Shown here piece by piece: positions 45,729 to 57,357 of a stretch of DNA of 64,000 nt. The notes below the pieces were generated by a model. It made no database searches, was not told where the DNA came from, and saw only the letters and a list, made by a program, of their open reading frames with translations. The first letter of the stretch is position 1; every line of letters begins with the position of its first letter. Both the position numbers and the translations under genes were made by a program. Origin of the DNA: Histomonas meleagridis 2922-C6/04-290x (Eukaryota; Protista; Parabasalia); contig JAANOX010000253.1 of the NCBI GenBank assembly GCA_020184695.1, positions 310,001-374,000 of the forward strand, in the 5' to 3' direction.

Positions 45729-48700
45729 ATGTCAAATTCACAGTTTGAAAAAATTGAAAATATAGTAAGAGCATTAATGAATAAAAACAGTGTTGTATAC
45801 AGTAATCATTCAAAAACATCTGATACATTATCAAATGGTATATGTACATTACAGATAAATAGTTATGACAAATCATTTGTTTTCACTTACGGAAGAAATC
45901 ATGTTGTAATATCACCGTTAGATAATAGCATAAAAAATGAAAAGTATATCAATAATAATATTAAAGTTGATGATATACTTACTGGAGAAAATATAATGAA
46001 AAATGCATATATAATTGAAATGTTCGGTAATATAAATAAAGTATTGGATTTATATAAACAATTTGTAAAAATCAATGAAGATAGTAATAATGTTTCAATT
46101 ACAAATTTAATTATTGATACCATTAATGGTTATTCAACAGATGATTTTGCATTAAAAAATCATACACATGAAATTATTAATAATGATTTAGCTATTAATG
46201 GAAGTTTAGTTGCAAATTCCATTAACGGATATTATATTTCAAACAGTATTGGCGGAGGTTCTAATTCAACAGTAAATATTCCATCAATCGCGACTATTAA
46301 ATCAGATGGAGTCATGGAAGTCGGTGAGTATATTGATTTTCATTATAGAGATGATTATAATAAAGATAATACGTGGAGAATTAGAGCAATAACCGATACA
46401 TTAAGTTTTCAAGCAAAAAGGTGGAAGTACAATTAGTTTTAATAATAACGGTAATATAACAGTAAATAGTATTAATGGTATTTCTACAAATGATATATCA
46501 CTAACGACGCATAATCACGACGACAAATACTCTCCGTTAAATCATATTCATAGTGATTATCTAACTAATGCTAACTTAGAAAGTATTAATCATAAATTAA
46601 CAGGAATATATTATAATGAAGAAACAATTACTAATGAGGAAGAAGAGGATATTACTGAAAAATATACTTTAATAAATCAAGATCTTATAGTTAATGGTAC
46701 GATTAATGATATTAACACAGAAGAAATAGCTTTAGTTCGAGACGGAATTTTATCTACCGGAGACGTTATATCATTTGAAAACGGAGTCAGTATATCAACT
46801 TATGATAATACTACTTATGAAGGAATTACTGAAAATAATTTATTAATAATTTTTCCTAATGGTAATAGTATCATGTTAGAGGATAGCGGACATACTTATG
46901 GTATAATTAATAATGATGGAGAATTAAAAACAGAATACTATTTAACAAAACAAATGATCATTGATGATGAAGACATACAAGAAATTTTAATGGGACCTCC
47001 AGGAGAAGACGGTGAATCCACATATAAAGAAAGTTTTTTTGATAGTATATTTGATATAATAGATACTTTTTTTACAGCTGCTGATACAGCATATACTATA
47101 GCTCAAATTGTAAGTCAAATAAAAATTTTGGGTGGGCAGGATTTTTATATAATAGTTTTGGGATTAATGTTATGAAGTCAAAAGGTTATTTACCGTTACC
47201 ATCATTGAAATCAGTAGTTTTTGATGAATATGATATATCGACAGGTGGAATGTTGGAAGATTTAGAAGTTCCAAACGCTGAAGATATTGACCAAGAATTT
47301 AATGAATATAATTATTTAATAAATCTATTCCCAGAAATGAATATTATATTTAAAAATTTGAAGTATTATTATAAAGATGTTTCTAAAGGTCAAAGAACAA
47401 ATGAATTAGGTCTTTTATTAGTCGATTGTCAGATATATAAACGTTTCGTTAATCATAAACATGATAATTATTTAATAGCTGCTGATTTAAATAATTATAC
47501 AGGAATAACTTATCATAAAGATTTATTAGAAACTAATGAAGAGGAGGAAGAAATATATGAAATCTACACGTCAATTAATCAAGATTTAAAGGTTAATGGA
47601 TCGCTGATCTCCGATAGCTTTAGCTGTCGTGGTAATGTTGAATGTTCTACTATTAATGGTATTGATTTAGATGAATTATCTGTTATCAGTAATGATATAT
47701 TTAATATTAACAATAAATTAACAGGTATTACTTTTAATAAAGATTATGTCGAAACAAATGAAGAAGAAGATATTTATGAAATTTACACGTCAATTAATCA
47801 AGATTTAAAAATAAATGGTAATATAGAATGTACAACTATTAATGGTATTGATACTAATAACTTTTCTTTAACAAATCATACTCACAATCAATATTTAACT
47901 AATGATAATTTAACTGATATAAATAAGGGTTTTAACAGGAATATCATATAATGAATATGGCGATTGGACTAAGATTAAACATGATTTATTAGTAGGTAAT
48001 GATATTTCATGTAGAATATTGACAGCAAGTCGTAATATCAATATTGATTGTAGTAAATATTCAGATGATACAAATATTTATAAAGGATTGTTTATTCATA
48101 GAACTAATGCAATGCCGGGTGATTCTATTAGAATGGAAATAGGTGTATTGCCTAATGGAGATGATTGTAGCGTAATAGAACATTACGTAGGTTCTGATGA
48201 TAATATTGATACTTGTCTAAGATTCAAAGTTTGTGATGGCAATTATGTAAGTATATATAAAAATGGTAATATTAGTTGTAATAGTATTAATGGAATTGAT
48301 ACTAATAATATTTCATTAACAACACATAATCATGATGATAAATATTCTTTATTAAATCATAATCATACAGAATTTAATAATGCTATTACTATTAATGGTG
48401 AACTTATTGTAAATAGTGATATATTTATTGATGGTAATATAAATTGTATTTCTATTAATAATATTTCTGTTGGTAATTTCTCATTAAAAAATCATACTCA
48501 TGATACTATTGATAATGATTTAAATGTTAATGGTAATTTATATTGTGAAACAATTAATGGAAAAATACCTGAAGAATTCTCATTAAAATATCATAATCAT
48601 GACGAAAGATATTCTTTAACAACACATAATCATGATGATAAATACTCTTCGTTAAATCATACTCATAATGAATACTCTTCGTTAAATCACACACATGAAA

Positions 48701-49792
48701 TAATTAATAATGATTTAGCTATTAATGGTAGTCTTGTCGCAAATTCCATTAACGGATATTATATTTCAAACAGTATTGGCGGAGGTTCTAATTCAACAGT
48801 AAATATTCCATCAATCGCGACTATTAAATCAGATGGTGTAATGGAAGTTGGACAATATATTGACTTTCATGATAATAATGATTTAAATAGTGATTATTCT
48901 TGGAGAATAAGAACTGCCGGCAATGTTATGTATTTCGGTAAACTTGATAATAATGATGGTGTTATTAGTTTCAATGGAATTGATGGTAATATAAATTGTA
49001 TTTCTATTAATGATATACCTGTTAATAATTTTTCTTTAAATACACATACTCATAGTTATAATGATATTACTGATAAACCATCAACATTTACTCCATCATC
49101 TCATACTCATCAACCTGCTGATATTGTTCCTTATCAAAAACTCCGTATTAAAAACAGGAAGATTTTTTTAGATTTCGTTTTTTCATAATAATTCAACAGA
49201 AGCACCAGGTATTTATACTTGGAGAATAGCATCATATGAAAATGAATTAGGAATTTGGCATATAACAGATGATACATACAGAAAAGCTATTATATCAAGT
49301 ATTGGTGGAGGTCAGATTAATAAAACTATTGTGCATAATGCGCCGATAGACGAAACATTAACATTAAATGATTTTGATATTGGCTGTCCTGTATTTATTA
49401 CAGGTAACGTATATAAATTAAATGATTCATATAATTATACTTCAGTTACTGATTCTACTAATTGTATTCTTAGTGTTAAATCTTTCGAAACTTATAAAGG
49501 ATTTATTGGGATCTGTACCGCAAAACATACAGCTGATGAAATTTTTCAAATAGGAGATACCATTAAACAAGATATATCCATTAATTAAGATACAATTGAT
49601 TTTGCAACTCACGGAGATCATTATTTTAAAGTTAATGATTCATCAAAATATAATATTGGTGATACTGTTTTATATGATCAATCAATATTAGATGATGAAA
49701 CACCGTTAACGGCAAAAATAAATAATAATATGATTGTTGGAAAAGTTACTGCAATTATATCTGATTCTCTGTTAGCTGTATTCAGCTCTTAG
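45729..49792 (+). CDS. Large repetitive fibre/receptor-binding-like protein (multiple frameshifts) with HxH and phage tail-fibre motifs
   Basis: Repeats of HNHDDKYS/NHTH, 'INxDLxVNG', two copies of 'DGVMEVG.YIDFH', and 'HTHSYNDITDKPSTFTPSSHTH'. Ends TAG at 49790-92. Confidence 0.65.
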
Positions 49793-49842
49793 CGCCTCAA
49801 TACATTTTATGCCATTTCGGCAATAATTTCATGAATTCTTAT

Positions 49843-50112
49843 TTATAATTCATTCACATAAATTAACACTTCATTTATTTTTTTATGTTGTTTCGCAATA
49901 ATATTTTTATATTTTTTACTTCTTTTATTCTTCGATTCGGTAATTTCTATATATTGTTTACGAATATCTAACGGTGATTTTTCTATTGTATCATTTTTCA
50001 CAATAAATGTAATCATTGGATGAATATAAAATTCATTTAGATGAATTTTTGCAGTTTCTATTTCTTCGTTAATGTTTTCATTTATTTTCTTTATATCAAA
50101 AAATCTACTCAT
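49843..50112 (-). CDS. Small hypothetical basic protein
   Basis: 89-aa ORF with a TAAAATG start context like neighbouring element genes. Confidence 0.4.
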   Translation of the reverse strand: MSRFFDIKKINENINEEIETAKIHLNEFYIHPMITFIVKNDTIEKSPLDIRKQYIEITESKNKRSKKYKNIIAKQHKKINEVLIYVNEL

Positions 50113-50204
50113 TTTATATAAAATGATAAATAAAGAAAATAAAAATTAACTTTAAAAAAATAATGCTAATTCATAAAAAATTTATTTCTTTGATTTATAT
50201 AAAA

Positions 50205-51083
50205 ATGATAGCAAAAAATTCTTGTTCCACACTCGTTTCCGAAAATCAAACGTCTGCTTTATGTTTGATCAAATTAAATAATATAAAAATTGAAAATAAA
50301 ATTAATGATTCAGTTAATGATTATTCTAATATCATAAAAGATCATAAAAATAAAATCCTAAATCATCAGCTTCCGGTTGAAGTTAACTTAAAAAGGAATC
50401 AACAATATTTAGAACAAATTTCAGAATCTGCAAAATGTATTCCATCAGTAACTATTCCGGAACTAACGATTGATGTTTCCATCAAAAGTTTTGTAAAAAT
50501 TGAGATTGAAAATAGTGATTCAACAGAAATAAAAGCGTTAATCAGAAAAATGAACACAAAAACACAAACCTTTTCTTGCAATCATCCAATACTCGAAAGT
50601 AAAGCATTAACATATAATGCTGACGCCTTAAAATTACGTAAAAGGTCTGAATTAAAGATAATTGATGATTTTTATAAATTATTAGCCGAGTATTGCTGGC
50701 GAATAAAGAATAAAGATACACGCGGTAAAGAATTTAACATTGAAATGTATGATGTTGATAAAGTCATTGAAGCTTCAATGAATTTTTCGGCTGAGGATCA
50801 TAAATTTAATGCAAAATATCACTTACTGAAGTGTGCAAAGTGCGAAAAAATGATGAAAGAATATAAATATTCCATCGAAGATATCGAAGATAGAAGAAAA
50901 AAAGCGGAAGAAAGATTGCGAGATGAAATTAAAAGAATTCAAGAAGAAGTTGATGAATCGGAAGATATCAATTCGTTTGTTGAAGAATATTTTTCGAATA
51001 AAGAAAGAATTCCTGTTATGTCAATCGTTAGAATGTGGAAAGCTGTAAAAAAGTGCATAAATCGGAAAGATGAGATAAAATGA
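50205..51083 (+). CDS. Hypothetical coiled-coil protein with winged-helix-like C-terminus
   Basis: Long ORF with TAAAAATG start. The C-terminus 'SFVEEYFSNKERIPVMSIVRMWK' resembles the D5/W C-terminal wHTH. Confidence 0.5.
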   Translation: MIAKNSCSTLVSENQTSALCLIKLNNIKIENKINDSVNDYSNIIKDHKNKILNHQLPVEVNLKRNQQYLEQISESAKCIPSVTIPELTIDVSIKSFVKIEIENSDSTEIKALIRKMNTKTQTFSCNHPILESKALTYNADALKLRKRSELKIIDDFYKLLAEYCWRIKNKDTRGKEFNIEMYDVDKVIEASMNFSAEDHKFNAKYHLLKCAKCEKMMKEYKYSIEDIEDRRKKAEERLRDEIKRIQEEVDESEDINSFVEEYFSNKERIPVMSIVRMWKAVKKCINRKDEIK

Positions 51084-51254
51084 ATGCTTGAAGAAACAGA
51101 AACGTGAAAAATAACAAATGTACATAATACACTTAATGTTACATAAATAAAAGAATCCGCCTAAGCGGAGTTTTGCTTGCAAATTTTAAGATTCGGAAAC
51201 AAAGTTTCATGAAAAAAATCAGGCTTAGGTCAAAAAAAAATTATTTTTGATAAA

Positions 51255-51893
51255 ATGCCAAAAAGATTGAGCAAAAAAGAAGTTATAAATTTATATGAAA
51301 AATACGGATACAATTCATCGAAAAATTTTGTTCATAGATATATATCAACTACATATGAAGTTTATGACGAACAACATCAAAATTATATAAGATTAAGTGT
51401 TAATCAATTAAAATATAGTAGAATATCAGAAGGAAGAGCAGAATACATTATAGAAAAAATAAATAATTCAATGAATCTTCCATTAAGTGATGATGAATCA
51501 AAAAATAGAGATTCGTTTGAACATTTCAGTAAAAAGAAAGATGAATATATCAAAAATGAATCGGAAGATTTTAAACGTGAGATATACAATTTAACAAATA
51601 AAATAACTAAAAATTTGAAGGAACAAAAAATATTTTACGTTTGAAAACAAAGAAAGTATTATTGATGGCTTTTTAACTTTGATGTACGCGATTGAAACAG
51701 CAGGATCTAAAATTAATAAAGATATTAGAATGACTTTAATTGATGAAGACGGAAGAGAACAATATTTACATGCAAATAAAAATACCGTTGAATTTTTACG
51801 TGCTGGATTAAATAATGAAAGAGTGATTGGTGATACAAACGATGTCGTATTTGAACACATGTCATTTATTAAAACCATTCATTTCGAATTTTT
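51255..51893 (+). pseudogene. Truncated gene, possibly the N-terminal region of a protein-primed DNA polymerase B
   Basis: Two frameshifted ORFs end abruptly against a convergent ORF. No PolB catalytic motifs are present; the assignment rests on position and recollection of trichomonad Maverick pPolB N-termini. Confidence 0.3.
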
Positions 51894-52374
51894 TCTTCAG
51901 GAGTGTATCCAAAAAAGCTTTTTGTTTCGTTATTCTTGACATATATTTTTGATACATAATCTAACGTTGAGCTTCTACAACAACCTGCTTCTTGATCTGC
52001 CTTCACTAACTTCACTTCTTCTGTATCACATAACAATTGAATTAATTTTACCAACTCTCTTTCTTCCGCGATGACATATTTATTCACAATCGAAGGATTA
52101 TTTTTTACTATATCTAAACATAACACTAACTCTTGGATTAATAAGTCTTTGTCATGAAATATTTGTTCAAGATTAGTTAATGTATTATTAGCTGTTTCAA
52201 CACTTCGTTGTTTAACATCAGGAGTATTTTATGTTGCATCAACATCAGGATAAACCGCGACGCGTTCATTAACGTTTTGGCTTTGACTTCGTTTCGGAGA
52301 ATTTAAATTTGTTCCAACTCTTGCAAGATATCTTCAGTTGCAAAATAAAACACTACTTTTAGAAACTGACATTT
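51893..52374 (-). pseudogene. Hypothetical element gene with internal stops, 3'-truncated
   Basis: ATG at ~52372 with a TCACT Inr. Reads 'LEQIFHDKDLLIQELVLCLDIVKNNP...EAGCCRSS'. Confidence 0.45.
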
Positions 52375-52409
52375 TTTAAGTGATAAAAAATTATTTTTAC
52401 TGTTATTAA

Positions 52410-52760
52410 ATGGAAGGATCTTTAATTCCTTTAAATATTTTCGATTACATCAAACATCTAAAACTTACAAAAAAGATAACAACAAAACAATTACCGTCTA
52501 TAGAAAATATTTGCTTCTACATTAATGATTGCGTAATATATAAATATATCATTGCTGTACGTCCTGAAATGTTTAAAATAGCCAAAAGGTTTGATTTAGA
52601 ATCATTATTTAATGTTTATGACAACATTAATGTTAAGATTTACGAACCAATATCAAATACAGCAAAAGGTAGATTTATTTTAATGTGGAATACAGGTAAT
52701 TGTGAAATTACAGTTGCTGATGGTGTAGATTTACCAAATAATTTTGACGTTAAGTGTTAA
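52410..52760 (+). CDS. Hypothetical element gene 'Y' (116 aa)
   Basis: Intact ORF with a paralogous 3' part at 60735-60957. Confidence 0.7.
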   Translation: MEGSLIPLNIFDYIKHLKLTKKITTKQLPSIENICFYINDCVIYKYIIAVRPEMFKIAKRFDLESLFNVYDNINVKIYEPISNTAKGRFILMWNTGNCEITVADGVDLPNNFDVKC

Positions 52761-52968
52761 AAAGTACCATTTATTTTTTGAGGGTTAAAAATAACCTAAA
52801 AGTGAACCCTCAACGAAACGGAGGAAATGAGCATTTTTCGGATGATTTGACGCGAATATTGCATGTTTGCTCGAGTTACTGAAAGGTAAACTTTTAGGTT
52901 AACTTTAACCCTTGAATTTTAAAAGTGCTTTTTTCAGAAATAATACATTAAACGAATCAATAATATTT

Positions 52969-54080
52969 TTATCTTGCCATGCCGGCTATCAGTTGCTCGA
53001 TACTTGCGTTGGTAATTTCAATTTGACTTCTACCGTCAGGTTTCATTGCTCTAACTTTCAATAATGCGTCTTCAAAGTATATTCCTGTTGGTGCGATATA
53101 CGTTACATTTTTCATTGCGGTATTAGCTAATCTATCTCCGAATAATTCAATCTGAACTGTTCCAGTGGTTGATATTCCACCCATGAAGTCCTCACCTTCA
53201 GCGAACGGTAATCCTATGAAGAAATTAGAATTATCTTTACCATGCCAAGCTCTTGTTTGAGTATTAACGCCTGAAGCATTATATGTGTTCTTGTAATAAT
53301 ACGGTTGAACTGACGTTTTAATATCTTTTGCTAATGAACTCAAAAGGCTTCCATTAAGATTCACAGCATCAAGTAACATATTAAGATTTCTTGGGTCATC
53401 AACGGTTTCATATGCTTCTCTTGGATAGATTTTACCGTCAATATTAAAACTATATCTTATTTGTGGATTCAAGAAGCATGTACGTGAATATTGACTTTGT
53501 CTGAATACAGTAAACATAGTATCACAATGTTTAAGTCCTATTGTTGCAGCAGTATTAAATGATGTTGGAGCACTTGTTGAATTACTTCCGAGTGGTTGTG
53601 TGAAATCTCTTACTTGACAAACGTGAATTGGAAATAGCATCGGAACTTGAATATATTTTGCAGCAAGAGCATTAAACACATCCATTTTCAAAAGATATGT
53701 TGCAAGCTTAATTTTAACATCTTTTGTTACTTGGCTATTGCAAATGAATTTTTGCGGTGCATCCATCGTTGCGTAAGTTGTTGAACCGCTTCCTGCTGTT
53801 GCTTTAATGTTGCTCTTTACTGATTCATTAATATTTCTAAATCCAAGGTCACATAAATAATCTCCTTCAACTACAGCTTTTGCAGCAACTAATGATTCAT
53901 GATCGCATACAGGAGCAATAACAATATTTTGATATGAAGGCATCAGTTCGATTGAAAGCTTGCCGCTCCAGTTAGGATAATATCGCATATTAAATAACAT
54001 TAAGAAATAACTTATTGGAATTCTTAACGGAATCTTAACTATAACTTCTTTTGCTGAGGTAATAGCGCTAAAGTCACAGT
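52969..54080 (-). pseudogene. Major capsid protein gene of element B, 5' third missing
   Basis: Nearly identical to 61162-62277. Homology breaks at 'aaagtcacagta|tcaactgag' (~54080). Confidence 0.8.
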
Positions 54081-54081
54081 A

Positions 54082-54440
54082 TCAACTGAGATTTTGAATG
54101 TAAAAAGTATCATTACATTTTCAAAGATGTTTTTCTAACCCTTTTTCTAACCCTTTTTCTAACCCTATACGAATCGGAGAAAATGAGCATTTTTTGAATG
54201 ATTTAACGCAAAAGTTGAAAGTTGATATATCGGTAAGAATTTGTTGTTAATCCTATGTGGTTTATAGTGTTTGGAGCTTAAAGTTGTTATTAACTGAGGT
54301 TTTGAACTCAAAAAGTACCTTCTAATTTTCAAAGATGTTTTTTTAACCCTTTTTCTAACCCTTTTCTAACCCTCAACGAAACGGAGTAAATGAGCATTTT
54401 TTGAAGAATTTAACGCAAAAGTTGAATGACAAAAAAATAA
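54082..54440 (+). repeat. Tandem pair of intergenic modules, each with (TTTTTCTAACCC)-type triplets
   Basis: Units at ~54082-54220 and ~54290-54440. Confidence 0.85.
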
Positions 54441-54447
54441 ATTATTT

Positions 54448-55008
54448 TTAAACGAAACCGTAAAGTTTTTTGAATTTTGAATAATAAAGTGCAAAACTTG
54501 AATTATTAGTATCTCTGCAATAAACATGAGCAGAACCGCGCTTATCATAACAGATTGTTAATTTTGTGAAATTAATACCGTTCATAAAGTAAAAACGCAT
54601 CTGTTTTATCATCATAATAATAATCTTCTAATTGATGATTGCCATACTTATTAACTTCAATTGAATCCTCGTTGATTTCGTCGAAGAATTCAAAGTCTTT
54701 TCCTTTACCTGAACTTTTATTTTTTAGATTTTCTGACCTATAAACCCAACGGAGATTTGAAACGTGATTGTTGAAACAGTTGTGATTTATGTGATCGATA
54801 AATGGCTCGTTTTCTGGATTTGGAATAAATTGTAACGCAATGATACGATGTTTAAGATATAATTTTCTGTTTAATTTACATGCAATATAACCGGTAGTTT
54901 TAATTGGAAATTCTTTAATGACTTTTTTATCATGTTTTCTTCTGATGACATGAGGGTATTCTGTGTTAATCTCATAATTTCTATTTAGAACACAAGTTTT
55001 CCAACTCA
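54448..55008 (-). CDS. HNH (HNH_3-like) endonuclease, one frameshift near 54600
   Basis: 'LYLKHRIIALQFIPNPENEPFIDHINHNCFNNHVSNLRWV..SENLKNK'. A second frame continues to TAA at 54448. Confidence 0.85.
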
Positions 55009-55557
55009 TTATTTTATTAAAAATAGACAAATAAATTTTTTTAATATTAGCTTTAATTTTTAATTTTGTAAAATCATCCGAAAAACGCTTATTTACCGAA
55101 CCTAGTGAGATTCGAGCCCTGGCGAGACTCCGTTTCGTCGGAGGTCAGAAAAAGAGTTTATTTTTTTGTTTTTTAAACCCTCGATAATTTTGTGTCACTT
55201 TTGGTGTCACTTTTTGTGTGAATTTTCATATCACATGTCTGTGTCACTTTTATATAGACATTTCACATGACATTTCTGTTTTTCATTTTCACATGTCGTT
55301 TCCGAGAAATCATTTCATATCACATGTCTTTTCATTTCAAATCACATGTCTTTTCATTTCATATAACATGTCAGTTGATGTCAAATTAACGTTCGTTAGT
55401 GATACGTTTACGAAAAATTAACTGACGGAGAAAATGACGATGGATGAATTTGAACAACCGCTGAAAAAGTAGATTGTAACAGAGGTACTTTTTTTAACGG
55501 TTTTCAAAAAAATTTTTTTTACGGTTTTCTGTTCAATTTTTGGTATAAATTAACGGA

Positions 55558-56338
55558 TAATTCATATTGGGTCTGTGCGCGCATTTCATTTGCATTCTTA
55601 TAATCTGCTGATTTTTGAACTTGCCGTAAAGTTTCATTTTTCATTCTTTACTTTTTCTAACTCACGTTGCAAGCTACTTTTAATTCGCATTTGTTCATTA
55701 GCTTCTATTTCATGTTGGCGTTCAATAGTAAGCATTTTTGCTTCAGCTAATTGAGCTTGAATTGTTGCGTTTTGATCTTTTAATAAATCAATGTCGCCTT
55801 TATACTGAGTTTTTTTAAGTTCTGCCAAAGCTTTTTCGTAACGTTCAGTTTCTTGTTGAGCTTTGTTTGCTAATTCATGCTGACGTTCAATCTCTCTTTC
55901 TGCCATTTCACGTTTTTGCTTTTCTTCGTTATACTTTGCCTCAGCAGCTTTTGTTGCTTTTTTCATATTTCTTTCTTGTTCATCCAAATTTTTCTTTTTT
56001 CTTGCTAATTCATCTTGTTTCTCTCTTCGCGTATCATTAATTTGTTGTTGACGAACATCGTTTTGATTTCTCATATTATGTATTGCGTCAAGATTAATAT
56101 TTTGTGGAGTTTGTGATAAAGCAACAGGAAGAAATGGATTTTGTAAATTTGCCATCATCTGTGACCTAGCAGAATTGGAATTTTGATTATTCGGTGAAGG
56201 AAGAATATTTGCTCTAACACTAGCGTTTGGGTTAATTGTTGGAGCTTGAGTAATTAGTCGATTCGCGTGCGAACTTTGCGATAGCAAATGCCTTAATCCG
56301 CGTTTAACATTTTTCTTTGTTTTTCTCTTGCTCGTCAT
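55558..56338 (-). pseudogene. Coiled-coil gene 'Z' of element B with basic N-terminus, 3'-truncated
   Basis: Nearly identical to 63507-64000. Homology stops at ~55558. Confidence 0.75.
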
Positions 56339-56813
56339 TTCTTGTTTGTTCGACCGAAGGAATTTCCTCAGCATCAATATAAATATCATTCTTTAAACTT
56401 CTGTATTTCTTCTTAAGCTTTTTATGCTTACCTGTTAATTTATCTAATCGTGAATTTAATTCAATTATATGCTCCATTAATAATTGGTCATTTGATAAAT
56501 AAACTTTACCGTCGTTGTTGTTTTTTTAATTACTTTTTTTGACTAACCGTTGGAGTTTTTTTGATTTCTTTGCTGTAACTCTAGCGTTACCGTTCTTGAA
56601 AAATTTGACGTCAAAAAATTCATTTTCAATTCCTTTTTTAGCATTAGCAATTATAATTTCTTTTTCTTCTTGTGTTAAATCTTTTACTGCTTTCTTTGTT
56701 ATCTTAACATCAGATGTTTTTTCTTCATCAACGTTTTCCTCATCCAAAACAATTTCTGTTTCGCTCCGAAGGAGCTCAGGCTCGTAGAGCCGTTCAGTCT
56801 CGTTCTCTGCCAT
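56304..56813 (-). pseudogene. Hypothetical element gene 'V' (frameshifted)
   Basis: 'MAENETERLYE...' continues in another frame as 'KVYLSNDQLLMEHIIELNSRLDKL..KHKKLKKKY'. Confidence 0.55.
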
Positions 56814-56958
56814 TTATTAAATATAAAAAAATCAAAAAATCATTTAATGAATCACATTAATCCAGGAATCATTACTCTTGGTTGAGGTTTCATTACCGCA
56901 GGTTTCATTTGATATCTTTGTTGCTTACCTAAATTTTTGTTCGTGTTCGATCCATTGT

Positions 56959-57321
56959 TTAAATTTTATCGCCTGCTTGAATCCACGGTTGAGTTTTATC
57001 CGAAATCTTTTGACCTGTGTCTAAAACACGTTCGGCTACTTCTTTGCCTTTTATCTACGGCTCGTTTAATTTTTGTCTTTAATCTTACCGTCAGGAACTG
57101 CATCAACTATTTTTATCTATTTTTATCTGTTATATCTCCTTTACGCTTTCTTACTGTATCAATTATTCCTGGAATCTTTTTTTACCAAATTCAATTCCTC
57201 GACTGATTATTGGCGAGACCTTACCGTAAATTCTCTTTCCTTTATCAATACCATTTCTTACAAGTCGTCCTGCATTTTGAATAATTTTTCTTATTCCACC
57301 GAATATACGACCTAATCCCAT
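56959..57321 (-). CDS. Small Gly/Lys/Arg-rich amphipathic protein (not in ORF track; A-run frameshifts)
   Basis: ATG at 57321: 'MGLGRIFGGIRKIIQNAGRLVRNGIDKGKRIYGKVSPIISRGIEFGKK...IVDAVPDGKIKDKIKRAVDKGKEVAE'. Confidence 0.6.
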
Positions 57322-57357
57322 TTAATATAATTAAAAAAACGTTTTAATAACTCTTAA

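Noticed and set aside
50110-50125. Perfect 16-bp palindrome CATTTTATATAAAATG with ATG on both strands
   Set aside because: The plus-strand ATG opens only 8 codons, and such AT-rich palindromes are expected by chance here.
55085-55140. tRNA-like B-box (GGGCTCGAATCTC on the minus strand) in a ~32-bp insertion within an intergenic module
   Set aside because: No acceptor, D or anticodon stems could be folded around it, and it has two mismatches to the T-loop consensus.
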